From Okeania sp. (GTDB lineage Bacteria > Cyanobacteriota > Cyanobacteriia > Cyanobacteriales > Microcoleaceae), in the NCBI RefSeq assembly GCF_035285525.1, contig NZ_JAYKGW010000129.1:13420-45419 (forward strand): a DNA stretch of 32,000 bases, read 5' to 3'. Of this stretch, positions 1-7,134 are shown one piece after another; within the stretch, counting starts at the first letter, position 1; the number at the start of each line of letters is the position of its first letter. Below the pieces are notes generated by a model, which searched no databases, had not been told where the DNA came from, and worked only from the letters and a program-made list of their open reading frames with translations. Both the position numbers and the translations under genes were made by a program.

Positions 1-865
1 AAACTGTCCCTGCAGTTGTTGGATTTATTCCTAATAATGTTCGCATTAAAGTAGACTTCCCAGCGCCACTTCCTCCCACTAAAGCAACTAACTGCCCTGG
101 TTCGATCGCGAAAGAAAGATCGTTAAGTATAACTTTTGTTTTTCCAGCTTTCTCTCTGACTTCTTTGTAGAGGCGATCAGCATCAAGACGAATTTGATTG
201 CCATTATCAAATACTTCCAAATTATCCCCACGACGAATCAGAGTAAAAGGTCCGATTTTAATTACTGCTCCGTCCTTGACAACAATAGTACTTTTAACCC
301 GTACCTTATTGACAAAAACACCATTGCTACTATGATCGCGTAAAATGTAGTCACCCCGACCATTGGGTTCAATGGTAGCATGATGACGGGAAACAGTGGG
401 AGCGTCTAATTCTAAAGTAGCATTATGACTGCGACCAATTAACACTCGATGTTGCAAAGAGATAGAGCTGGTTTTTGGCAAAGATGGTGAAGCTACAGGA
501 TTATTTGGTTCAAAGTATTTCAACAAGACTTGATTTTTGGGATCGAGACCGATTTTCATTTCTATGGCATTTTCCAGAGGGTGTCCTTCAGATGGGGTAA
601 TGCGGGTACGGTCGATGAATAGTCCATTAGCACTGGGTTGATTACCATTACCATCATAAATATGGTAGCGATCGCCTATTTTCTGGATGGTAGCATGACA
701 ACCAGATATGACTAACCAATCTGAAGGTGCTACTAGATCGGCACGGTTGCGATCGCGTCCTAATCTATGATGCTCTTGTGTGAGTTGGAAAGTGATAGTA
801 TGGTTTTGATTGGTTAATTCAATATAGGGATTTAAAAGGATAGTTTGGCTGGTTTTGTTAGTCAT
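1..865 (-). CDS. FHA-FHA-ABC transporter ATP-binding protein, N-terminal part (3' end runs off the window)
   Basis: Absent from the ORF track because there is no stop in the window. Manual minus-strand translation from the ATG at 865-863 stays open to position 1. It reads MTNKTSQTILLNPYIELTNQNHTITFQLTQEHHRLGRDRNRADLVAPSDWLVISGCHATIQKIGDRYHIYDGNGNQPSANGLFID (FHA-like 1). It continues ...LIGRSHNATLELDAPTVSRHHATIEPNGRGDYILRDHSSNGVFVN (FHA-like 2), then ...LNDLSFAIEPGQLVALVGGSGAGKSTLMRTLLG (Walker A). Confidence 0.85.
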   Translation of the reverse strand, partial: MTNKTSQTILLNPYIELTNQNHTITFQLTQEHHRLGRDRNRADLVAPSDWLVISGCHATIQKIGDRYHIYDGNGNQPSANGLFIDRTRITPSEGHPLENAIEMKIGLDPKNQVLLKYFEPNNPVASPSLPKTSSISLQHRVLIGRSHNATLELDAPTVSRHHATIEPNGRGDYILRDHSSNGVFVNKVRVKSTIVVKDGAVIKIGPFTLIRRGDNLEVFDNGNQIRLDADRLYKEVREKAGKTKVILNDLSFAIEPGQLVALVGGSGAGKSTLMRTLLGINPTTAGTV

Positions 866-1098
866 AATTTAGATTTTAGATTTTTGGGTACAGATTGACA
901 GAAACTATTTACAGCAGATTTCATGCACAATATAACTATAAACAGGAAGACCTTGCCAGATCGAGCAGGGTTTAAATAAACCTTTGCAATACAGACATCT
1001 TGTTTGTGATATCTGTACCACACCCTGGATGAAATCTGTTGTATATTTAATCATAAGTAGGTAAACTTTTTTAGTTTAACCAACTATTTATTATTTGT

Positions 1099-1200
1099 AG
1101 GACTTACAGGAGAGGAACCTGGTTTCTAGGATCAATAGTTGTTTTAAGCAGTAATAATCTACCCTCGTCTCTGGTTTCTGGGTTCATCTGTGTAAGTCCT
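1099..1200. mobile_element. MITE-like element, family 1 (TIR AGGACTTAC.../...GTAAGTCCT, internal AACCNGGTTTCT motifs)
   Basis: Starts aggacttacagg and ends tgtgtaagtcct, which are terminal inverted repeats. It contains the internal motifs aacctggtttct and ctggtttctgggtt. Its architecture matches the copies at 1371, 1638, 5815, 16589 and 31488. Confidence 0.7.
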
Positions 1201-1274
1201 GATTTGAACAATAGCAAAAACCAAATATTATTTTTTTACCACAGAAAAAATAATTGGAAATCCAGAGAATTATT

Positions 1275-1620
1275 GTAAGCATTTAGCTGTCAGCTATTAG
1301 CTATCAGTTATTAACTCATTATTACACCAAAGGAAGAATTAGTCTAAAGCGCGAGAATTAAAAATTATTCAGGACTTACGCAGAAACTGGGTTGATCGAC
1401 AAAATATCGTGGTTTGAACTGAACCCAGAAACCCGGTTGATACGCTCGTACCGGGTTTATTTGCGTAAGTCCTAATAGTGCTTCAAACTGTAGCGCAATA
1501 GTTTTTTGACTCTGTAGCAGCTTTGCGTAAGTCCTGTTATTAATAAGATTGGTCAGGTCATCAGCTAACCTTAAGTCGTTGCTTGTGTCAGTTAAAAAAA
1601 GCTGATAGCTGAATGGTTAC
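1275..1620. mobile_element. MITE-like element, family 3 (TIR GTAAGCATTTAGC / GCTGAATGSTTAC), carrying nested family-1 insertions
   Basis: The left end is gtaagcatttagctgtcagctattagctatcagttattaactcatt and the right end is gctgatagctgaatggttac. The internal flanks align with the uninterrupted copy at 20347-20495 (gttattaactcatt..aattagtct..gaattaaaa / gctaacctta..). A family-1 copy (1371-1473) and a solo TIR (1524-1535) lie inside it. Confidence 0.6.
1371..1473. mobile_element. MITE-like element, family 1, best-preserved copy
   Basis: Reads aggacttacgca...gaaactgggttgatcgac...gtggtttgaac...cccagaaacccggttga...ccgggtttatt tgcgtaagtcct. The 12-bp TIRs AGGACTTACGCA / TGCGTAAGTCCT are perfect. 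Confidence 0.75.
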
Positions 1621-1637
1621 GAATTATTAAATTATGC

Positions 1638-1730
1638 AGGATTTACGCAAAAACTGGGTGTATCAAGGAAACTTTGTGGTTTAAATAACAATAATCAAGG
1701 CAAGAAACCAGGTTTCTTTGCATAATCTAT
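1638..1730. mobile_element. MITE-like element, family 1, degenerate right end
   Basis: Reads aggatttacgcaaaaactgggtgtatc...gtggtttaaat...agaaaccaggtttctttgcataatct. It is colinear with the copies at 1371 and 5815. Confidence 0.55.
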
Positions 1731-1819
1731 AATCAAGTTAAATATATGATATTATGTGTTTGGCTTCGGGTTTCTCAACCCCACCTAAATTTACTGAATT
1801 TATACCACAATAATTTCTG

Positions 1820-3145
1820 ATGAAACTAATACAAAATAAACTATCAATAACTACCTTCTTTATTTCCTTATTTTTAATTGGATGTCAATCTTCTGAACCG
1901 GAAATAACATTTCCCAGTCCAGAAATAACTCCCTCTCCACAAACATCAATTGAAGTTCCTGAAAAACCTTTAATATTACCTACAAATAATCCAGAAAAAA
2001 TAGCTGATACTCCCATACAAACATATCTTAATAGATTAACAAATCAAGGATTTTCTGAACAAAATCAAGGAATATGGATACAATCAAATGATACTTTATT
2101 AGCAAATTATCAAGGTACAATTCCTTTACCCGCAGCATCTATTACTAAAGTGGCAACTTCTTTAGTTGCTTTAAAAACTTTTAATCCTGACCATCAATTT
2201 ATTACCTTAATTTCTATAACTGGAAAAATTGAAAATGGAGTCTTAAATGGGGATTTAATTATTCAAGGAGGAGAAGATCCATTTTTTGTTTGGGAAGAAG
2301 CGATCGCTATTGGCAATTTATTAAATAAAAAGGGGATTCAAAGAGTTACTGGAAATCTAATTATTGCTGGTAAATTTTATATGAATTTTCAGTCGAATCC
2401 TCAAACTGCTGGTAATTTATTTAAAGAAGGAATTAATAGTCAAATTTGGTCGGGAGAAGCTTTAACTCAATATCAAACTTTACCTCCAGAAACACCAAAA
2501 CCTGAAGTAATAATTGATGGAGTTGTCGAAGTTTCTCCTACTCCTCCAGAAAATCTCAAACAATTAGTTGAACATTATTCTTTTCCCCTAGCCGAACTTA
2601 TCAAAAAAATGAATCAATATAGTAATAATTTAATGGCAGAGATGTTAGCTGAAGCTGTGGGAGGTCCGCAAATAGTTGCCGAAAAAGCTGCTGAATTTTC
2701 AGGAGTAACAAAAGAGGAAATTCAATTAATTAATGGTTCTGGTTTAGGAGAAGAAAATCGAATTTCTCCTCGTGCTGCTGTGGGAATGTTTTTAGCAATT
2801 AATAATTATCTTCAGCAATACAATATGAGTGTGGCAGATGTGTTTGCTGTAGTTGGTGAAGATAAAGGTATTTTAAATGAACGGAAACTACTGCCAAATT
2901 TTCTAGTAGTAAAGTCTGGAACTTTAAATTATGTTAGTGCTTTAGGAGGTGCTTTACCAACAAAAGAAAAGGGAATTATTTGGTTTGCTATTCTGAATAA
3001 AGGAGCTAATGTAGATCAATTAAGAAGTCAACAAGAAATTTTACTTCAAGATGTGTTGAACAAGTGGGGTACGGTTGAATCATTGCCATCAGAATTAACT
3101 GCTAATCCCGCTCGGAAATCTAAAAAATCAGGGAACAGGGAGTAA
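1820..3145 (+). CDS. dacB: D-alanyl-D-alanine carboxypeptidase/endopeptidase, PBP4 (peptidase S13) family, lipoprotein
   Basis: 441-aa ORF. It carries the penicillin-binding triad SxxK (AASITKV), SxN (QYSNNLMAE) and a KTG-like motif (VKSGT). The N-terminal lipobox is LFLIGCQSS. Confidence 0.85.
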   Translation: MKLIQNKLSITTFFISLFLIGCQSSEPEITFPSPEITPSPQTSIEVPEKPLILPTNNPEKIADTPIQTYLNRLTNQGFSEQNQGIWIQSNDTLLANYQGTIPLPAASITKVATSLVALKTFNPDHQFITLISITGKIENGVLNGDLIIQGGEDPFFVWEEAIAIGNLLNKKGIQRVTGNLIIAGKFYMNFQSNPQTAGNLFKEGINSQIWSGEALTQYQTLPPETPKPEVIIDGVVEVSPTPPENLKQLVEHYSFPLAELIKKMNQYSNNLMAEMLAEAVGGPQIVAEKAAEFSGVTKEEIQLINGSGLGEENRISPRAAVGMFLAINNYLQQYNMSVADVFAVVGEDKGILNERKLLPNFLVVKSGTLNYVSALGGALPTKEKGIIWFAILNKGANVDQLRSQQEILLQDVLNKWGTVESLPSELTANPARKSKKSGNRE

Positions 3146-3175
3146 GGAGTAGGGAAGGAAGAGGGAAGAGGGAAA
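3131..3175. repeat. Heptanucleotide STRR-like tandem repeat (GGGAnnA period 7) covering the dacB stop
   Basis: Reads gggaaca gggagta aggagta gggaagg aagaggg aagaggg. The last four dacB codons (GNRE) and the TAA stop lie inside the repeat. Confidence 0.7.
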
Positions 3176-3199
3176 ATACAAAGATTTTTATTAAAATGC

Positions 3200-3250
3200 A
3201 GGACTTACGCAAATAAACCTGGTTTCTTTAAGAAACCGGGTTTATGGATT
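3200..3250. terminator. Truncated family-1 MITE forming a strong hairpin between convergent genes; possible bidirectional terminator
   Basis: Reads aggacttacgca aat AAACCTGGTTTCT tta AGAAACCGGGTTT, giving a stem of about 12 bp. It lies between the 3' ends of 1820..3145(+) and 3332..4033(-). No long T-run is present, so terminator function is inferred only. Confidence 0.4.
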
Positions 3251-3331
3251 CCTTGTGTAGAAATAACCAATTATTTTCCCCGACTCTGTAGGGACGTTGT
3301 ATGGAACTTATAATCTGTTTTCTCTGATAAA

Positions 3332-4033
3332 TTAACTACTTATAGGTGCAGCAGAAACAATTTTTCGTGCCATAGTTGAAAGAGGTAAACTTTGTATATA
3401 AACTAAACCAGGACCTGTTAATTTAGTTAAAAATAAACCCTCTCCACCAAAGACAATATTTTTCAAATTACCCATCATTTCAATATCATATTTAATAGAC
3501 TTAGAAAAACCAACAACTGCACCAGTCTCTACTCGTAATTCTTCCCCTACAGCTAATTTTTTTTCTATAATTGTACCGCCAGCATGAACAAAAGCTAATC
3601 CATTTCCCTGTAATTTTTGCAGAATAAAACCTTCTCCCCCAAAGAAACCAGCACCTATCTTTTTAGTAAAAGCAATTTCAATATCAATACCATTAGCAGC
3701 ACAAAGAAAAGAACTAGATTGACATAAAAACTCTCCACCTAATTCTGTTAAATTTAAAGTAATAATTTGCCCTGGATAAGGAGCAGCAAAAGCAACTTTA
3801 GCTTTACCTTTACCTCGATTAAAAAAAGTAGTAATCATAAAACTTTCCCCAGTCAACATTCGCTTAAAACCTTTCCAAGCACCCCCACCAGTAGTAGTTT
3901 GCATTTCAATGTCTTGTTCCATATAGGTCATTGCTCCTACTTCGGCTCGAACTCCTTCTTGAGGGTCAAGTTCAATTTCTACTAATTGTAGAGATTCTCC
4001 TTTTATTTCATAGTCAATAATATCAACGGCCAT
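3332..4033 (-). CDS. AIM24 / TIGR00266 (DUF124) family protein
   Basis: 233-aa ORF with an ATG start. The N-terminus MAVDIIDYEIKGESLQLVEIELDPQEGVRAEVGAMTYME, the repeated GEGF/GGEGLF motifs and the ~230-aa length are characteristic of this family as I remember it. Confidence 0.75.
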   Translation of the reverse strand: MAVDIIDYEIKGESLQLVEIELDPQEGVRAEVGAMTYMEQDIEMQTTTGGGAWKGFKRMLTGESFMITTFFNRGKGKAKVAFAAPYPGQIITLNLTELGGEFLCQSSSFLCAANGIDIEIAFTKKIGAGFFGGEGFILQKLQGNGLAFVHAGGTIIEKKLAVGEELRVETGAVVGFSKSIKYDIEMMGNLKNIVFGGEGLFLTKLTGPGLVYIQSLPLSTMARKIVSAAPISS

Positions 4034-4365
4034 AATACAACATAAATATCCTTAACATTGTTCAGATTCTAACATTATAATGAATAATTGATAATAAAAA
4101 TTATCTCTAATTATTAATTATTTATTTCACCCGATTTTGTGTTATTTTTTTGAGCAAAAAAAACATAAGGAACGGAAGGATAAATTCGCCAATACTTGAT
4201 AACTATAAAAACAAGTCAGAGCTTCCATAAAGCTATTGTTAAGCTATTAGAGATCGCTGCTCTATCGGAAATTAAGCGCAATACTGTGCGAGGCAAACCC
4301 AATCCTGCGGGAATAGCTAAAAGTAATGACCAAGAGATGACATATTCATAAATTCCGTACTTGAT

Positions 4366-4570
4366 TTTACCGAAGAATTAATAATTAAATAATTCGCGCC
4401 TTGAAGCTTCCCCTTTAAAGGAGAAAAAGCGGTCGTCAGCGGAGCTTCCCGAAGGGTGAGATGGATGGGTTCCCTAACCATATCTAATCTCCCCTTGAGA
4501 AATAAATTTTTTCCTTTGATTTAATCCTCTTCCTTTTAGGGAGAGGTAATTATCAATTATCCATTATTGA
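4366..4570. mobile_element. Dispersed repeat family 4 (..taccgaa..aataattcgcgccttgaagc..tagggagaggtaattat..), long variant
   Basis: Both ends match the reverse complement of 28690-28836. This copy carries about 85 extra internal bases (tttaaaggagaaaaagcggtcgtcagcggagcttcccgaagggtgag...). Confidence 0.6.
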
Positions 4571-4717
4571 ACCATCCATCTAGGGAGAAATATTTTAACT
4601 AAGTAGATCAGTAATAAGTCTATTAATTGAATAATTAAGGCTACTTTAACATTTTTAGCTAGAGCGCTGAAGTTGAAATTTTCGGAATTTACTGATAGTG
4701 AGGTTTGAGTCATAAAT

Positions 4718-4830
4718 GAAGAAGTAAGAAGGAAGAAGGAAGAAGTAAGAAGGAAGAAGGAAGAAGGAAGAAGGAAGAAGGAAGAAGGAAAATAGCTCCC
4801 CTACTCCCCTACTTTCCTACTCCCCTACTA
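4718..4830. repeat. STRR-like tandem repeats: GAAGGAA heptamer (about 10 units) followed by CCCCTACT octamer (about 4 units)
   Basis: Reads gaagaagtaagaaggaagaaggaagaagtaagaaggaagaagg...ggaa, then ctcccctactcccctactttcctactcccctactac. The octamer tract encodes the last residues (VVGE) and the stop of the minus-strand CDS ending at 4817. Confidence 0.85.
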
Positions 4831-5791
4831 CTTTTCCTGGATCGACTGGTCTTGCTACTAAAATACCAATAGCACTTTCCACATTCCAAATATATTTTGC
4901 TAAATCATAAGCAACAGTTACTTTTCCAGAAGGAGAGGCATGAATTAAACCAATATTACCATCAAAATTACGATAAACTAAGCCAGTATGAGTCACATCT
5001 AACCCATTAATTTCTGTCGCTAAAGCAATAATATCTCCTGGTTTTAATTGTGAATAAATACTACTAATTTTATCGTAGGGAATATAGTTTGTTTTTAGTT
5101 GACTAATACTATCTTCCATATTGACAATACACTGATAATTCTTATTATTTCCAGAAATTTGTGGATAACTCCATCTATTTTTGCTCATAAAAAAAAATTG
5201 TTTATTTAGCCTCTTTCCTCCTAATTCAAAACCGATATCTCTAACATTTCCACGTTTTTGATTATCAGCAATCCACCCAGAAAAATAATGTAAACGACTA
5301 CAATATCCATCTATTTTTCCCTCAGAATAACGCTGGTCAATAATATGATTAACAAAAGTCAAATAAGAATAATCTTTGATAGCTATTCCTCTAGATAATG
5401 CCAAAACAGTTTCCACAAATAATACACAATCAAATCCATCCAAACTAATAACTAAAGATTCTTGATTTGATTTATCTAATAATCCAGCTTTGTAGGGAGT
5501 ACCAATAAAATAATCAGCGATCGCCTGCATAATTTCTGCCATAGAAAGTTCAGCTAAATTATGTTTAATAGCATACTCCATTACCGGTTTAAACTTCGGG
5601 TCTTCTGGAATCTTATTACTTGGTATTTGATTAATTTCTTTTTCTTGTTCACTTTGAATATTCTCATCTTTTTGAGCAGCATTAACTAAACTCAAAAAAG
5701 ACATTGAACTATTTAATAATAGAGGAAAATTGACTGTGTAGAAACCAGTGACTGCTACTGTTAAAATAGTTAACTTTAATAATTTTCTCAT
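4817..5791 (-). CDS. DUF1460 domain protein (N-acetylmuramoyl-L-alanine amidase-like), secreted
   Basis: ORF 4817..5815. The track start at 5815 is a TTG lying inside a MITE end, so I prefer the ATG at 5791 (MRKLLKLTILTVAVTGFYTV, signal-like). The core FIGTPYKAGLLD...SLVISLDGFDCVLFVETVLALSRG matches my memory of DUF1460. Confidence 0.75.
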   Translation of the reverse strand: MRKLLKLTILTVAVTGFYTVNFPLLLNSSMSFLSLVNAAQKDENIQSEQEKEINQIPSNKIPEDPKFKPVMEYAIKHNLAELSMAEIMQAIADYFIGTPYKAGLLDKSNQESLVISLDGFDCVLFVETVLALSRGIAIKDYSYLTFVNHIIDQRYSEGKIDGYCSRLHYFSGWIADNQKRGNVRDIGFELGGKRLNKQFFFMSKNRWSYPQISGNNKNYQCIVNMEDSISQLKTNYIPYDKISSIYSQLKPGDIIALATEINGLDVTHTGLVYRNFDGNIGLIHASPSGKVTVAYDLAKYIWNVESAIGILVARPVDPGKVVGE

Positions 5792-5814
5792 TTTTTGATT
5801 GGTAATTTTAGTCA

Positions 5815-5910
5815 AGATTTATGCAGAAACCGGGTTGATTAGCAATTTCGTGGTTTGAACAACAATATTATGGCAATAAACCCGGTTTCTTGGTTGGTTT
5901 GTATAAGCCC
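5815..5910. mobile_element. MITE-like element, family 1, degenerate TIRs
   Basis: Reads agatttatgcagaaaccgggttgattagc..gtggtttgaac...aataaacccggtttcttgg..tttgtataagccc. It is colinear with 1371-1473. Confidence 0.6.
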
Positions 5911-6021
5911 AGTTAGTCTATAAATATGTTATCCTAAATACACCATGTTTCATCTTAGTTTGGTACACCTATTAAAGGCAAGATGCTTATACATTGGTTT
6001 TACCATTAAAGGACTAATTTA

Positions 6022-6196
6022 GTAAGCATTTAGCAGTGAGTTAATAACCAAGCTAACCTACAGGAGGGATTAAAATTAGCTGACGATGTTTATTATTTAT
6101 ATCTCACTTTTTAGAGATTAATTTCTCCTGACAAACAGGTAGCTGATGGCTGATAACTGACGGCTGTTGGCGCAGCATGACCCAGGAAATGCTTAC
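6022..6196. mobile_element. MITE-like element, family 3
   Basis: The left end is gtaagcatttagcagtgagttaataacc and the right end is gctgatggctgataactgacggctg...ggaaatgcttac. Confidence 0.55.
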
Positions 6197-6222
6197 CTAA
6201 TTTATGACAACTAATAACTTAA

Positions 6223-7053
6223 ATGACTAACAACTTATCAACATATTTTTTACTATCTCATGGCAGTCGCGACCCAAGACCAAAGCTAGAATTACAGACT
6301 CTAGCTGAACTTTTATCTAGACAAATAATTTTGACTAAAAATTTCACAAATAATTATACATTAAAGTTTCCTATAATTTCTACAGGGGTTTTAGAACTAG
6401 GGGCAAAACCTTTACATAAACAAATAGAGAATTTTTGGGAATATACACGAGCACTGCACATTAGTCAAATGCAAATAATACCTTTATTTCTATTACCGGG
6501 AGTTCATGTCACTGAAGATATTCCCACAGAAATTGACATATTCCGAGAACGGGTAAGAGCGATCGCTGCCTCAGAAATGGTTTCACCAGAAAAAAATAGT
6601 AACTTGAAACTGGAAAATAAATTAGAAATTAATGTATTTCCCTATATTGGTTCCCATCCTGAAATGGTAAATTTGCTAGCAACTAAAATTACTTCTGTAA
6701 CTGCTGATGCTTGGATACTCCTTTCTCATGGTAGTCGTCGTCCTAGTGCTAATGAGGTTGTGCAAAAAATATCCCAGTCTCTTACTAAGAATTACCAAGT
6801 TTTGGTATGTAATGCTTATTGGTCTGTTGCCCCTAACCTTGAGTCTAGAGTGGAAATGTTGATGAGACAGGGATATCGAAAAATTGGTGTTTTGCCTTAC
6901 TTTTTGTTCAATGGCGGTATTACTGATGCGATCGCGAATACTGTTAATCAACTTTCCCAAAAATATCCTGATGTTAAGTTTCATCTGACTGCTCCCCTTG
7001 GTGCAACTGAAGAATTAGCAAAATTAGTTTTAGACCTGATTAACTTGTTGTAG
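6223..7053 (+). CDS. cbiX: Sirohydrochlorin chelatase, two-domain CbiX type
   Basis: 276 aa. Two tandem halves each begin with the LLSHGSR(D/R)P motif (residues ~10 and ~166). Each is followed by an I-P-(L/Y)-F-L-(L/F) chelatase motif (IPLFLLPGVHV, LPYFLFNGGIT). Confidence 0.85.
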   Translation: MTNNLSTYFLLSHGSRDPRPKLELQTLAELLSRQIILTKNFTNNYTLKFPIISTGVLELGAKPLHKQIENFWEYTRALHISQMQIIPLFLLPGVHVTEDIPTEIDIFRERVRAIAASEMVSPEKNSNLKLENKLEINVFPYIGSHPEMVNLLATKITSVTADAWILLSHGSRRPSANEVVQKISQSLTKNYQVLVCNAYWSVAPNLESRVEMLMRQGYRKIGVLPYFLFNGGITDAIANTVNQLSQKYPDVKFHLTAPLGATEELAKLVLDLINLL

Positions 7054-7134
7054 TAGAGCCTTCGAGGCTGTAACAACCTGGAAGGTTGTGTCACCCAGAC
7101 AAGTTACGACTATTCCCTATTCCCTAATTATTAT

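Noticed and set aside
3767-3985. Short ORFs in the track that overlap longer genes on the opposite strand or in another frame. They are 3767..3985, 6676..6984, 7755..7958, 8049..8634 (set), 9254..9533 (set), 10755..11024, 12339..12666 (set), 13766..14640 (set), 22110..22334, 23168..23377, 23831..24082, 24961..25215 and 25789..26443 (set).
   Set aside because: Each lies inside a longer ORF that has clear family motifs. Their translations are low-complexity or compositionally odd, with no recognisable motifs. I treat them as shadow ORFs.
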